64,000 nt of DNA, taken from assembly GCA_002633005.1 (NCBI GenBank), contig NMRA01000715.1:28971-92970 (forward strand). The letters run 5' to 3'. Source of the DNA: Phoronis australis (Eukaryota > Animalia > Phoronida). The notes below the pieces were generated by a model. That model made no database searches, was not told where the DNA came from, and worked only from the letters and a program-made list of their open reading frames with translations. Shown here piece by piece: positions 13,701 through 28,000 of the stretch (the first letter of the stretch is position 1; each line of letters starts with the position of its first letter). Both the position numbers and the translations under genes were made by a program.

Positions 13701-16700
13701 NNNNNNNNNNNNNNNNNNNNNNNNNNNNNNNNNNNNNNNNNNNNNNNNNNNNNNNNNNNNNNNNNNNNNNNNNNNNNNNNNNNNNNNNNNNNNNNNNNNN
13801 NNNNNNNNNNNNNNNNNNNNNNNNNNNNNNNNNNNNNNNNNNNNNNNNNNNNNNNNNNNNNNNNNNNNNNNNNNNNNNNNNNNNNNNNNNNNNNNNNNNN
13901 NNNNNNNNNNNNNNNNNNNNNNNNNNNNNNNNNNNNNNNNNNNNNNNNNNNNNNNNNNNNNNNNNNNNNNNNNNNNNNNNNNNNNNNNNNNNNNNNNNNN
14001 NNNNNNNNNNNNNNNNNNNNNNNNNNNNNNNNNNNNNNNNNNNNNNNNNNNNNNNNNNNNNNNNNNNNNNNNNNNNNNNNNNNNNNNNNNNNNNNNNNNN
14101 NNNNNNNNNNNNNNNNNNNNNNNNNNNNNNNNNNNNNNNNNNNNNNNNNNNNNNNNNNNNNNNNNNNNNNNNNNNNNNNNNNNNNNNNNNNNNNNNNNNN
14201 NNNNNNNNNNNNNNNNNNNNNNNNNNNNNNNNNNNNNNNNNNNNNNNNNNNNNNNNNNNNNNNNNNNNNNNNNNNNNNNNNNNNNNNNNNNNNNNNNNNN
14301 NNNNNNNNNNNNNNNNNNNNNNNNNNNNNNNNNNNNNNNNNNNNNNNNNNNNNNNNNNNNNNNNNNNNNNNNNNNNNNNNNNNNNNNNNNNNNNNNNNNN
14401 NNNNNNNNNNNNNNNNNNNNNNNNNNNNNNNNNNNNNNNCAATACAATTCTCATAAATTCAACTTGAAATGACCCCTTTCAATTTTAAACCATGCCCGAA
14501 GTACTCGAAAACAAATTGTTGTTAGGTACAACGAGGTTTTTTCCCCTGAAGTGGATCGTAAACATCTCAGGTGAGTTTTCCGCACACAGCTACTTTGGTT
14601 TAGAGCTGAATTTTAGCTCCCATACTACTATGGGCCGGGCCGGTCAAGGGCCAATTCCTGTTGTACGCACTACTTACAGCATTGGAATCAAACTGCTATA
14701 TATAGAGAAAACGTTTATTGGTATACTGGTGTGAATATTATCAGTGATTTAACCAAAAACTTCGAATTAACTAGACCCACTAATGTCTTTCTATGATGAT
14801 AAACTGATATCAAAAGGCCAAAATTGGCAATTTTCGGCGACCCCATGTTAAATACAAAATTTTGTCTAATTTTCTTCAAACTCCTACATTTCAATCTTGA
14901 TTATAGTGACATCTGTTGGGTCTATCGGCAACTAACCGCACATGAAAGGCTCGGTCGAAAATTATCGTTTTCTCACATGCACTTTCGGGTTTTTAGCGGC
15001 GATTCTACTGATCGAAGCGACAAAATAAGCCAAAACTTTGGCCATACCATGTTAAACATAAAATTTTTTCCAATTTTGCTGAAACTTGGCCACGTTTTTA
15101 ACAAAATACTTATCTATGTTATGTGCTATCGGCAAATGTGATTGATTCACAAATAAGACCCTCACGCTGTGTTTTCTGCGAATCCCATGTATTCTGAAGG
15201 GGGCTAACTGAGTGATTTTCGCGCATGCGCAGCTCACGGTTTCAATATTGCTGGTAATGTGGCTCTTATAGTCTCATGATTGTCACGTGTCCTTAAGCGT
15301 TTTCTTTGTTATTGTAACCTCGTTTTCAGTTCAGGCCACATAGTCATACGTTCCATTCAATTTGTTAATGTGCTCACATAAATATATTTAACAAGTGAAA
15401 TACCATATACATCAACCGAGCAGAATCTATACTTTGATACATGTTTGTTTGCAATATCTATAGGCAGTTTGTTATACGACTGCATACCGGAACTGAGATT
15501 GGATATTTTACAGAGAGTATGAGCCAGTGTGTATCATGTTGCCGTGTTTTCAATAAAGTACAATAGTGCATCATCCATGCAAGCGTACATACTAGAAACA
15601 ATAATAGACGTATAATTATTGACATTTTTCATCAATCTGTTTTTGTTGTTAGTAAAAGCAGGTGGTCAGATACACAATGTATGTTAGTTAATCAAAGCAG
15701 CTGGTCAGATATCCAATGTATGTTATTTAATCAATTGAACAGCTGCCCTCAAACTGCAGCAAGGGCTGAGTATATACGCAAGTTCTCTGTAATGAGTTGA
15801 AGGCATACGTATATCAATGGAGGCAGCAAGTTTGCCAATATTCAGGTCTTAAAAAGAGCTGAAGGCCCACCGGAGGGCTTTTCACCACTTGGTGATATTG
15901 ATATAAACCAAAAAAAAATGTGAGGAAAATTCTTGTTCAGTGTGTTGGCACTAACCAAATCAAATCAAACTCCCTCAACACGTTTAGAAAACCGCAAACG
16001 GTCTTATCGCTTCCGTTTCGCCTCTTTTTACCTTCCTCAAACAACAACGAATCAAATCGTCTGCCACCTTCTACTCTCAGTTTTTGACCTAATGATGTCA
16101 TCAAGTGACTCGAATACCAACCAATGAGCGAAGTGAATGCTTTAGTTCACGAGCCCACCGCTAGGTAAAAAATGAAAATGTTGGAGTGAAAGCGAAAAGC
16201 AAAATGTCAAAATTTCGTCAGCACGCGGTGCTGGTAGGGATGACCATGTGTAACCTCTCTTGAAATCTCTAGACGTGCGATGCTATCACTACTATGTCAA
16301 GGCTGTGTCCGGAAAATGTAATACACTAGCGAGTAAAGAAAGCATCGTAGTCTGATGCACGGCGTAAACATCCAATGACCTGCAGATTTCGTTTTTCTCG
16401 CAAAAAAACTATTCTACAGAACGCAGCCCAAGTGGTGGTAAACATTAACTATTACGAGCTTACCTCACCGGAGCCACAAAGTGGTATTTTTTTCTTTCCC
16501 TCTGGAGTTTGTTTGGCGGGAAAAACCACGTGAAGCCGAGATTCCAATCGAAGCCGCCCAGTTGTGTTAGCTCTGCTTTCCCATAGAAAAATTCGAACGT
16601 GTCGTCACTGATGATATCGATGACGGGAGTGACGCTTGTGTTCGGGTTATTCTTGATGACATCGAGAATGGGTGGCAACCATCCTTTAAAGCATTGGAAT

Positions 16701-19700
16701 TCACTATGAGGTGGCATCCAATTAGGCTTGGCAGAATTGTTGATTAACATGGCACAGCGCAACTCCCAATTAAGGGACTGGCGTACATAAGTCACGTGTC
16801 AGTGCATGAGTTTGAAAACTGTTCATGTTCTTATGCTCATAACAAAAATCATTCTTCGGTTGCATCTTGTATGGTTTATAGGAGGATTTGAGACTAGACT
16901 ACTACTATCTTTTGCAGCGGATCCAGCATTTGAGAATTTTAGGGGGGGGGGGGCATGGCCCCCTTGGCTCCCTCTGAATCCACCACTGCTCTGTGCCAGT
17001 AATGCTCTATAGTAAAAATTCGAATTACAAGAATTGGAACGTAGTGGACTTTGCTGGTGTGATTTTCCTGTCCAGATTTTCGTTCGTCAAAGACCTTTCC
17101 ACCTCAATACGAGGCTGGTTATCAGAAGATGATAACCCTTTTTACCTGGAGTACATTCACAGTGAGAATCAAGGAACGTCAACACGTCGCCCGTAGCAGC
17201 GGCAACCCCGAGTAGACGCGCTCGTATCAACCCTTCTCTTTTCTTTGCACGAATAATCTTCACAATTCTCAGTCGTCTCATATATTTGTCAAGCGGTTCT
17301 TTAGTATGTGCTGAAGTTTAGACGTAGACTTGCATTTTATGGATGAATGACTTGAAGGATTAATTCGCAAAACGACACAATAATATAATCATTCTATATT
17401 TTATACTGTCTTGTATTGTCTTTGATTTGGTTGGTCCCGGGAATCTGCTCAATGTTTTACCACTCTTCGACATGAAAGTCTTTAGTTTTTTGTTAAGGTT
17501 GCATTTGCGTTTTAGTGCTCACTATTCAACCAACCAAAGCTCGAGTAGCTTTCTAAACTTACACAGCGTTCAAATACTGTCCTGTCAAATGGCAGATCCA
17601 ACGTCAGCTTAACCGTCTGAAAAAATCACACGGGAACCGTCGTGTGATGTCGATGTTCGGTACGTGTATGGCTTCTCATCATCCAACCTCTAACCAAACA
17701 GTAGAACAACACGGCACATTGGACGACTTTGTAAATGTCGTTTGAGGTCGGTGTTCGATATGACTTTTTCATCCTACCTCTAACCAACCAGTAGAATATC
17801 ATGGCAGATAGGACGCCTTTGTAAATGTCATTTTACAGTCCCTAATATGTCTTCGGATCCGACGTCCTATACACGTTTTCAAAATATTCACATCGGAGCT
17901 CGGGATAGACAAAAACAGTTTTCGTATTTCCAAACAATTTCGAGTAAAGAAGGTTGCCAAGCAGCTTTCTCTTTTAGCAGAGTTTGTTAATGCATTTTAA
18001 ATTAGACCTCTTCATATCATTGGTTGGAGATGTCTACATTTTCGTTGATCGTACATTCATGCGCTGTGATAACTTATTTCCGGATTTTCTTGATGATGAT
18101 TTTTTGCCACAGGCAGTTTGGTGGTTTTTACAAAATTCACGTCCCCAATAAATGACAAAGTAACATTTCATTAGCTAAGACAGTATACCAAAACTCGTAT
18201 TGAGAACGTATATTCATCCACATTCACGTTGCGGTGTTAGCCGGCGGATGTCCCAAAACCGAAAAACTAGTTCTTACAAGTAATTTTTAAATAAACGGCC
18301 ATTAACAATTCACTTATTCACATTTACTTCACCATTTTCAAGGGCAAGGGGGCAGTTTTTGAAGACGTATAGTCGCAATGATCCGAGTAAATACCGTTCG
18401 AACGTCCAGCAAAACAGAAACCTTCCGCACCCTTTTTGTGTGAGTTGACCGTAAGTCGAGCTGTTCGCCATCTTGTTATGCTAAATGTCAGTGTTCTGTA
18501 CACTTCTCTATTTGATATGTCGCTATGACCACTGTGTGTCTTAATCATTCATGCACTTACATCCAATGAGTTTGAGAACAAATTTGCATTAAATGTTTCA
18601 AATTATCCACGTACTTGTGTTTTTTGTGACGTCACAAATACATACATTTGTATATCTCAGGATATCAATATTGGTTCATTATGACTGTCTTGGCGATGAA
18701 GCTCAGTCTAACTTTGCTAAGTTACATGACGTCAGAATATAGACTGTGGGAATTGCCTGAACAACTTACGTGCGTCAGAGAAGTCGTCGACGAGAATAAT
18801 TTCTTTAAGAAGTCTCTTTGGCGATCTATCTATCACACTATGAACGGTTCGCAGCAACACGGACCAACCTTCGTTGACGAAACAGATGATGACACTAGTG
18901 GTAGGCAAACTATCTATGTCGTCTTTTGTGTAGTTCTTGCACCTTTAGTGGAAAATTAAGAAAAATCTGTCAAAGTAAATGAAACTTGATTCGAAATTAG
19001 CCACTCTGAAAGTAATATTAGCCATTCATATTAGAAACCAACTGTTTCCATGGAGTCAATTTTGCGAGTTCAACGTTTTATCTTTAAAGGTGCAGTTCAT
19101 TTGCCTGTGTGACCTATTTAAAAATACGTCGCAAAAGCAAATGAAATGCACCTGTGACATTTTGAACTGAAGCCAAATTTCTGAAACAAAGAATCATCCA
19201 CTTTATGGCTTTCGTGGTGTTTCGTTTAGGAATATATATGTGATCAAATTGTCAAGAACTTTGTTTTAATACATGCATGCCTGCATTATGAATTATCCAA
19301 AAGTAAAAAAGAAATACACCTACTTTTTAAGTACAAGTTTACAAACGATTAGGATCAACGAGAATCACGTAAGCTATTCTAAAGCACACTGGGTACGATC
19401 AATTTGGTATAAGTAAGCCAAAGTAATCGTTTTTCCCTTTTTTAATTTGATGGAGATTCATAATGATTACAATTAGATTGCTTATTTCATAGCATTTCAC
19501 ATAGACTTGACTGCACAAAAATTTTATGCTTAAGCGATAAACTTCACGTACAGACTTGTGAGAGTCTTATTTCTGACAGTTTGTACCCTGACCATGAGTA
19601 CAGGCCTACATACGCTTTGTCCCTCATGTCTGGTAGTTTTCTGTGGAGCGAGATGCGATCACTGACGTATGTGTTGAAACCACTGCTATTCCAACCATTT

Positions 19701-21171
19701 TCATATTTTCTACGTTCTTCTGCAGACAAATCTTTGGCATTAATAACGACTGGTCGCCCGTATTCACCTGGATGAGCAAAAGCAATCAACAGGTGAAACT
19801 GTAAATTTCGCAAGAAGTTGTGTTTGATCGATTCTACTTACATGTACTGCAGCTGAGATACTTTCTCGTGTGATGTCAAACAACTCCAGGTACACCCGTA
19901 TACAGTAGTAGGTCGTGTGCCGTAGGCCGCAAAAGAAATATAAAATCACTTCTTTGACAACTTTGGGAATGAGTGAGGGTAGCAATTGTGTTTTGATGTG
20001 TTTGATATCACAACCCACTGTATTTTTTAAAGCAAAATGCCTCCATGTTTTATTTTCAAAAAAAAAAAATAAATTAAGGCTCACCCACACGAGATCGGGC
20101 AAAAGATCCTTTATAGAGCATGTTGTAACAATTTGCATTAAATCAACCCAACACTTATGTAAGGTGGTAAACTCTGGGCATTTTTAAGTGAACAAAAGAA
20201 AATCAATCTTACCGTTTCATTAATTAAACAGTCTGACACTTGTGGAGGTTTTCGCAATCCAAAAGGAACATCTTCAAATTTCAGCCTGTTTGGATTCTTT
20301 ACAGTGTTAATTGGAGTTTGGTTTTAAAGGAAAATAAATTTTCAAAAAAAGAAATTGATTGTATTGCCAATATTAAATGTTAAGAGAACTCGTGCCCAAA
20401 TCCTCCCTTTATTCCCCGTCAAACAACTTCGAACACCATGCCCCCCATGCTGATTAGACCCGCCTCATTACTCTCCCACCGTCATGTCCCCCAGTTCCGT
20501 GTCCTCCAATGTTCCCCAAGCTTGGTGTTCCATCCACCCATTAATCCAATTTGTGGGTGACATCTTATCGTGCCTCTGTCGTTGTCACTGCAGAGATTAC
20601 ATTATTACGTCATGTAATTTCGGTGATATTGCCCTTGAAATATTTACACAGAAACTGTTGCTAAGAGTTTTGATTTTTCAAATCTAGGACTTTGGCAGTT
20701 GCAGGAGAACTTTGATAATGAAGCCGTCAAACATGAAATATAAAATATTGCCTAACCTGGTGCTGTACTTTCAACTCCAGATTTCCTCGAAATCTGTTTC
20801 TTATCTACCACAGCATTTTGTTGTCCCCAACTTAGTGTTCGATCACGTTTCTCAGCATCTTTGGCAAATTGTTCAAACCCTTTTCTCACATTTCTTGCTC
20901 CTTCTACAAAGTTCGAGTCCTGAATCTGCTCTTTAACGAGCTTTCTGCGATATTCAATAATGGAAGATTCCTGCATTTTCTTTTTCAGCACAATATCATC
21001 TTGTTTCCACATCTTCAGATTGTGTGCAATCTCTTCATCTACCTTCACATCGTTCTTTTCTCTCTGTTTGTCTTCAACATTGAACAGCAGCAAGACTATG
21101 ACGATGAGCCATACGACGGGCATGTACAGGACCAGCTTGGTTAAGAATTTGCTCCTCGCACTTCTCGCCAT
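1575..21171 (-). CDS. GALNT: Polypeptide N-acetylgalactosaminyltransferase (GT27; pgant9/gly-5-like), 11 coding exons, 642 aa
   Basis: Manual splice model join(20757..21171,19614..19767,18770..18942,17146..17310,16464..16683,10286..10403,9462..9650,8628..8756,4961..5065,4378..4503,1575..1709) = 1929 nt. All introns are GT-AG with matching phases. Contains a type II TM anchor, [23 protein letters not shown] (DXH), [24 protein letters not shown] and three ricin-B repeats. Subfamily assignment is from recalled motif similarity. Confidence 0.96.
2208..2374. repeat. Minisatellite, 42-bp unit x4
   Basis: ACGGTAACACTCGCTACATGTAACACTATTAGTTATTTGTTT at 2208, 2250, 2292 and 2334. Confidence 0.9.
4378..4503 (-). 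CDS. GALNT: GALNT exon 10 (lectin beta repeat)
   Basis: [42 protein letters not shown]. Confidence 0.94.
4961..5065 (-). CDS. GALNT: GALNT exon 9 (ricin-B lectin alpha repeat)
   Basis: [35 protein letters not shown]; CAG| and |GTAAGG. Confidence 0.94.
6720..6978 (+). pseudogene. KolX-like (P2X7 ballast-domain-like) accessory ORF, N-terminal fragment
   Basis: MAAVGDPY...[16 protein letters not shown]...[28 protein letters not shown]; FEP plus WCxCxxCxxM-T--EC signature; internal TAA at 6828. Confidence 0.75.
6975..7683 (-). pseudogene. Truncated Kolobok transposase: THAP domain plus Cys/His segment
   Basis: CCVPAC...HCFPKD...RVCGKHF...DYERD...LKKDAIVS (THAP C2CH), then after a frame change [20 protein letters not shown]...IQWQQFGH; no DDE core. 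Confidence 0.8.
8628..8756 (-). CDS. GALNT: GALNT exon 8 (catalytic-lectin linker)
   Basis: [43 protein letters not shown]. Confidence 0.96.
9462..9650 (-). CDS. GALNT: GALNT exon 7 (third metal ligand His, flexible loop)
   Basis: [63 protein letters not shown]. Confidence 0.96.
9785..10140. repeat. Degenerate minisatellite, about 50-bp unit
   Basis: Recurring GCACAATTAGxTGGAAGG...GGTAAAGTCAT. Confidence 0.65.
10286..10403 (-). CDS. GALNT: GALNT exon 6 (Gal/GalNAc-T motif)
   Basis: [39 protein letters not shown]; CAG| and |GTATGA. Confidence 0.96.
10727..10967 (+). pseudogene. THAP domain remnant of a Kolobok transposase
   Basis: [41 protein letters not shown]...[23 protein letters not shown], with frameshifts and a stop. 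Confidence 0.8.
10967..11137 (-). pseudogene. KolX-like N-terminal remnant
   Basis: [10 protein letters not shown]...[32 protein letters not shown]; [12 protein letters not shown] parallels [11 protein letters not shown] of element 1. Confidence 0.6.
13544..14439. other. Assembly gap (N run) in GALNT intron 5
   Basis: 896 Ns; single-N joins also at 26665, 31009, 35397, 40628, 55051 and 63079. Confidence 1.
16464..16683 (-). CDS. GALNT: GALNT exon 5
   Basis: [32 protein letters not shown]...[11 protein letters not shown]...APVR; AAG| and |GTAAGC. Confidence 0.95.
16914..16988. mobile_element. Short hAT-type MITE remnant
   Basis: GCAGCGGATCCAG...GGGGCATGGCCCCTTGGC...AATCCACCACTG. Confidence 0.5.
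17146..17310 (-). CDS. GALNT: GALNT exon 4 (DXH metal-binding motif)
   Basis: [54 protein letters not shown]. Confidence 0.96.
18770..18942 (-). CDS. GALNT: GALNT exon 3 (GT-A fold start)
   Basis: [57 protein letters not shown]; AAG| and |GTAAGT; not in the ORF track. Confidence 0.95.
19614..19767 (-). CDS. GALNT: GALNT exon 2
   Basis: GEYGRPV...[22 protein letters not shown]; CAG| acceptor, |GTATGT donor. Confidence 0.95.
20757..21171 (-). CDS. GALNT: GALNT exon 1: cytoplasmic tail, TM anchor, stem
   Basis: [30 protein letters not shown]...STAP; donor CAG|GTTAGG, phase 1. Confidence 0.9.
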
Positions 21172-24100
21172 GGTGACTTGTGTATGACTGCGTGTATTAA
21201 ACGTTGGCCGATACGAGTCGCTACATCAGTTGTGATTAACACATTCAACGAACACGTTCCGATGTTACAAATCTCTGACATTAAAACTTAGAATTTGCTG
21301 CAGTGAATTGATGGAAACGTTTAGGAAATCTCAATCTCTCTTAAACTACGGCAACGTGTTTTGCAAATAGATTTAAAAATCCGCTCAATAAGTCAGTGAT
21401 AAGTAATTGTCATATCTAGTGACCATGGTAATACAAGATCACCTAACCTCGCTCCAGCCACCAACGCCCAGTTGGTCTCGTACATTCCGAAAACACAGTC
21501 AAGTTTCTGACTGTTTAGTCTTCCTTATTTGAATAGTCACGTGAAGTGACTTGAGTGATAGGTGTTGCATCAACGTTGAGATTGGCGAACTGGCATCAGC
21601 GCAGTATACGCTTATGGTAATATATTTGTAAATGTATTGGCGTTACCCAGCGTTCATCAACTTGGAATTAAAATTAAAAGATACATATCACAACGAGGGA
21701 CCAAACCGTGCCCTTGTTGCAATGGCTCGACGTCATTCGTATGACAAATCATGAACCAGAATAGTTCAGAGCCATTTAGTCTCAGCTGAGTACTGCCGGA
21801 GTTGCTAGTCTGTAGATCGCCCTAGAGGCAATTGTGCAATAACATACATGTATCAACTGTCATATCCGCATAAGTCTCGGGATAATCAATACTACAACAG
21901 ATTGAAACCGATTACGTATTTGTTACGTCAGCGTTTGACTGAAAAGAACTTATGAAAACGTAAATTCTGAACGATGTGAATCTATGAAAACGGACGATGC
22001 TCGTGTCTCGGTCATTTTATGTACATGTACTAGTACGGGTAATCTAACTAAAATACGTTGGGTAATGCGCGGCAATTTTATTTGCTCTTTGGTATCATCA
22101 AGGGGGGCGAGTTGCCGTGCAAATGGACGTTCAAGACCCTATTGACCGGAAACCTATATTGCAGTCAAATGAGGCCTGTGACCCCAACATGAACTTGCAT
22201 GTGTCTGTTTTACAAAAGTTTACGAGTAGTCTCAATCTACAACAGTTTGTAACATGGATATCTGTCCTGTGGCGGATCTATGGATGTTTTAAGATTGAAC
22301 CCCCCCACCAATAAATCACGTCTGAGCACAAACTTATCCTTTTATCGTCATTTTACAACGAGAAATACTGGCGGATTGATACTCAACTCGAGAGGAAACC
22401 GACTCCAATTGCTAAAAGTCTAAAGGTTGGGTTCATAACGTGAAATGATCGTGATAGAATCTCAGGGGTTACAGAGACTATAAAATTGACTTGCTTTTAT
22501 CAGCGATTTCAATTGTTCATTACCCAATCGGCTGTGGGGGCAATAAACATGATGATTACGCCTGGTCTTGCAATGGAACTACTTTTAAGTGAATAGTGAG
22601 ATGCCTTTCGGCGGCATTAAGTTTATGCAGTACAGCACTTTTTCGACATATTGTTTAGTTAACGAAATACTGTATATACAGAATTAGAAGGTTCAGGAAA
22701 GTCGAGACGCGTTATTATTACGTACCTGTCGTTTACAACGTTCGATCGTTCCAATATACTCTTTCTACAATTCGTTTTTAACGAACTCGGATACAAAACT
22801 TGTAACACATGCGTGTTTGTGGATGGTATAACCACCAAATAACTACATATATGTCGTGGTCGAACTGCCGTTCAGCATTGATCGTAATGTGGTGGTCTTA
22901 AAAAGTTCACGATAATTCTCGTGAAAAAAGATTGAATTTTGAAGCTGAAACTTTCAGTAAATTTTAGGGTCATTTTTGTGTCCAACTTCCTTCCAGATTT
23001 TCGCCACGACTTCCGACAAAAATCGTTAACTCTTGAAATTAGCGTCATTTTTCGTCCGATCTTCATTGGGATTTTCGCTTTACGACAAAAATGTATGTGA
23101 TTGAACACGGACGTCCGTCGCTTTCAATTTGAAACGGTAAAAAACGACGAAACTTTACAGATCACATGTGCTCACGACCCACGAGAACGGATTACTTTGA
23201 ATACTGTAGCACTGCGCAAATTAGACCGTTGCGGGATAATAAATTACTGAAATTTGTTACTTTCTCAGGAATTTTAACTCATGTTTAAAGATATTCCACT
23301 CTAATTTCTGTGTATTTACTTTGAAATTAGTAGTGTTAATTAAATTATCAACGGATATAAAATTCAAAACAAAGGAAACCGCTTTACCGCGTAGTAATAC
23401 TACAAATTACTTCAAACTCGGCTGATCTGACCGAAGCGACCTCAGCTAAAACTTCACCGAAATTTACGGAGAGAGCACGTTCGGAGGTCAACATTTTATG
23501 AAGATTTCAAATCTTCTATTAGTTTAAACCCATCAGAAGAGCGAAAAAGTGAAAGCAGATGAATTGTTTCGTTAGGCAACTCTTATCGATCCTAACGCGA
23601 TCAGCTAATGTGTATTAGCGTGAAATCGCATGTTACCGGCCAAACAAAGGTATGTGGTTTACACAGCAATTTCGACCGACCCGAAAATGAGGGCAGGATT
23701 TTCGGGCCGGTCTATCACGACCAAAAACGTTATGTTATTATTATTTCAATCTATTAACGCATGAATTTAAAAAGCCAAGTTCAGAAGACTTCCATTTCAA
23801 GTGTTCTTGTAATTCTGCCATCGAGATTGCCACCTCCACTCAAATTTTTATTATATATGTGGTTAAATCAAAAGGTGACATCCTTCCTACTCACTGCTGA
23901 AAATGAAAAAAGGAAAACTGTAATATTTTGAATTAGGCTTTATTATCTGTGATACCGGCACTGGTCTTTACATCTCGTTGGCAAAAAACAATTTAATTAT
24001 GCTAACAAACGGAGCTGAAAGGAATTATCTGATATGAATCAAGCAAAATTTTGGATGATTGACTGCCTATAGCCATTGCAATACACAGCTGTCTGCCTGA

Positions 24101-25034
24101 TCTGACATCACAGACCGTTATGCATTTGACTGTTCTGAGAATTGACTCTACTGAAGTTGGATAAGGTCTGCTGGGCTTGTGTAATTATCACATTGTGGGG
24201 ACAAGAACTGTCCTGTGCAACAGATTCACGCAGTGCTATTCTTTGTGTTGAAAAGCAGTTGTTTTGCATATCATGCGGCGTTGTTTGTTTGATTTTGCCA
24301 AAACGGATTTTTGGCTTACCAAAAAGCGCTACATGTCGTCCATAAAAGTGTTTTGGCGCCCCAAAAAGTGCGTGTGCACACCATGTCACCCTTAAAGGCC
24401 TCATTAGATAGAACCTGGGTCCCCTCCAGGCCCCCTTCCACACAGCCACTGCAACTACACGTATATCTATGCCGGGTAAGGCATTTGTAGGATAAGGATG
24501 TCACTTTCAGTTCACATTTAACGTTACAAAATTGCCACTGTCTCTGAGCATTCAATTGTACATATGGAGTGATATGAGCCTTCGAAGCCATTTTCATCGC
24601 CATAACTTTTAAAGTACAAATAACGCCGTGCGTTTTTTAAACATGATGACAACGCTATGAGTGCAAGGCGTGGGTCCTCGTTTTGTCAGTGTCTTGCTTA
24701 GCTTACTTGTTACCCATTTGTAAACCCGGCGTGTAGTTGAGAACGCCTCCCGAACATGTCCCACCTACATATGTATTTGGATGCTAGGATGCGGGTCCGT
24801 TATTTAGTGAGTTATCTGGATACTCCATTTGTGCAGGTAGGACTTATTATAGAGGAACATTCTTTATTTTCACACTGGGACTAAGCCCGTTTCACACTGA
24901 GGAGATGCCCGTAAGATTTGTTTCATTATATTTGTTATTATGACGTGGATCGACGTGGGGCCTCTGAACTCGTGGGCCCCGGCAAGTGCCCTATAAGGTA
25001 ATAAATCACTTTTCCGAAGGCCCATTACTCCAAA

Positions 25035-28000
25035 GCTCACTACTCCGAAGGCCCACTATATTAAAACCCATCACTGCGAACTGTTTTTTTTTTATTGTTG
25101 AAATTCTTTTACTTTTTACTCGACCTTCATAAATTTTCACGAATTCTTTTCGTTACTTAATATGAAAATGCCCACAGGTATGCTTTTCTAGTTTGTTGGA
25201 TAGTCAGGCATTTATGACTTAAAAGTCTAAAGGTTGAGTACTACGGACACCACATTAATTTCACTGATATTCTGCAATGTAATACAACTGTCAATAGTTG
25301 CGAGTTCATGATTTGTGGGATCAAATTGCAAAAAGTGACCCGGATATATCTATAAATTGCATGTTTATACTATTCATAATTCTAATGGAAACACGAGTAT
25401 TCATTCTTATTGCGTCTTCAATATGACATGTGCCATTCGTGGGCAATTTATATTGGATTGCAGGCCTTGCATTGTAAATCAAAATCTAGGTAATTGTGTC
25501 AAAGATCCTTTAACGTGAAGAGATATTCCTTAAGATCGAGGTAGCCGCGTCTAACCTGAAGACACGTCTGTAGTGAAGTTGTTCCAAGCCAACTAGCCTA
25601 GTTACATGAGTTCTCGTCTGACTCATGAATCATCGGCAAAAATAAAGTGACGGTTGTAGAATTCTTAGTCAGAATGACTGATAAGTTAGTATTAAACATT
25701 ACAACGAAGAGAATTGACGACCGAAAAGTTAAAAGAATAGCGATTGTTTGTTTTTTACCAAAAGCATAAAAATCCCACATTCATTCTTCCTACCCCGAAT
25801 GTGAGAAAGAAGGCATACGGTTTTTAATGCGTTCCTGGTGAACTTTTACAGTCCGCTGTGTCTACATACACGTACATGTACATGTACCTCTACACAGCCA
25901 CAAAAGGCCCTGAAGGGAGCGTGAGGGGGCATCGCTGAATGAGGAGCAGCGGATTAACCGTTGCACACAGTGGAATATCCACGACTCCAAAGGTTCAAGC
26001 CCATCCATGCATTGATTACTTTGCCCTTCACACCAATTCAGCTTCATTCACCAGGGGGCAGTTCCATTCAAATAGAAGTTTCCTGCCACGATTACACGAA
26101 CCGGTAACCTAACTTACAGAAAATGACGACCAGGGAAATATTGCAATTAAACAACGTAAAGTGTTCTTGGTGGTGTCATGGTGGTGATAAAATACCAGGT
26201 TTGGGTTGTCGCCACGGCTACGTTTCCGCAAGTCATAGATACGAGCTCTCGCTCACATGTGTTTCACGTTCTAATTGACTGTTAGCCAAATGTGCATAAG
26301 ATACTAGTAAAGGATTGACAGAAGAATTCAGGAATTGTAATGCGGTTAATTCACTTCCTTCGGAACTTTGATGTATATTCTCATGCATATATTCAGCTTA
26401 TTGATAGGTCTAGCACACGCTTTCATAAGCCGCTGAAGACCTTTTCATCCAATGGAAATTCTTGATCTGCAATGTGACTGTCCCAAGCTCATAAAAACAT
26501 CTTTCTGCCCTCGTTAGCAACGCATGTTTGTGGGGTTAAAGATGGCTGGCGTGTTATTTGTATATCCCAGCTCCGTGATTGGCTGGATTCATAGCTTGAT
26601 TAACATCAGAACAATCCAATCGCTGCTACTCGTTGTCTATTTTTTCTGCCTATGTACTCGTTAANGCTCACTACTCCGAAGGCCCACTACTCCGAAGGCC
26701 CACTGCTCCGAAGGCCCACTATAATAAAACCCATCACTGCGAACTGTTTTTTTTTGATTTACGGTCAAAATTCTTTTACTTTTTACTTGACCTTCATAAA
26801 TTTTCTCCAAATTTCACGAATTGATTTGTTACTTAATATGAAAATGCCCACATGTATGCTTTTCCAGCTTGTTGGATAGTCAGTCATTTAGGACTCAAAA
26901 GTCTAAAGGTTGAGTACTACGGAAACCACATTAATTTCACTGATATTCTGCAATGTAATACAACTGTCAATAGTTGCGAGTTCATGATTTGTGGGATCAA
27001 ATTGCAAAAAGTGACCCGGATAAATCTATAAATTGCATGTTTATACTATTAATAATTCTAATGGAAACACGAGTATTCATTCTTATTGCGTCTTCAATAT
27101 GACATGTGCCATTCGTGGACAATTTATATTGGATTGCAGGCCTTTCATTGTAAACCAAAATCTAGGTAATTGTGTCAAAGATCCTTTAACGTGAAGAGAT
27201 ATCCCTTAAGATCGAGGTAGCCGCGTCTAACCTGAAGACACGTCTGTAGTGAAGTTGTTCCAAGCCAACTAGCCTAGTTACATGAGTTCTCGTCTGACTC
27301 ATGAATCATCGGCAAAAATAAAGTGACGGTAGTAGAATTCTTAGTCAGAATGACTGACTTAAGGAAGCGTGATAAGTTAGTATTAAACATTACAACGAAG
27401 AGAATTGACGACCGAAAAGTTAAAAGAATAGCGATTGTTTGTTTTTTACCAAAAGCATAAAAATCCCACATTCATTCTTTCTACCCCGAATGTGAGAAAG
27501 AAGCCATACGGTTTTTAATGCGTTCCTGGTGAACTTTTACAGTCCGCTGTGTCTACATACACGTACATGTACATGTACCTCTACACAGCCACAAAAGGCC
27601 CTGAAGGGAGCGTGAGGGGGCATCGCTGAATGAGGAGCAGCGGATTAACCGTTGCACACAGTGGAATATCCACGATTCCAAAGGTTCAAGCCCATCCATG
27701 CATTGATTACTTTGCCCTTCATACCAATTCAGCTTCATTCACCAGGGGGCAGTTCCATTAAAATAGAAGTTTCCTGCCACGATTACATGAACCGGTAAAC
27801 TAACTTACAGAAAATGACGACCAGGGAAATATTGCACTGAATTAAACAACGTAAAATGTTCTGGTGGTGTCATGGTGGTGATAAAATACCAGGTTTGGGT
27901 TGTCGCCACGGCTACGTTTCCGCAAGTCATAGATACGAGCTCTCGCCCACATGTGTTTCACGTTCTAATTGATTGTTAGCCAAATGTGCACAAGATACTA

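Noticed and set aside
13519-14472. Four ORFs of about 300 aa
   Set aside because: They are translations of the N gap
25598-27738. Duplicated 60-65 aa ORFs
   Set aside because: No recognisable domain or splice context; they recur only because the region is duplicated
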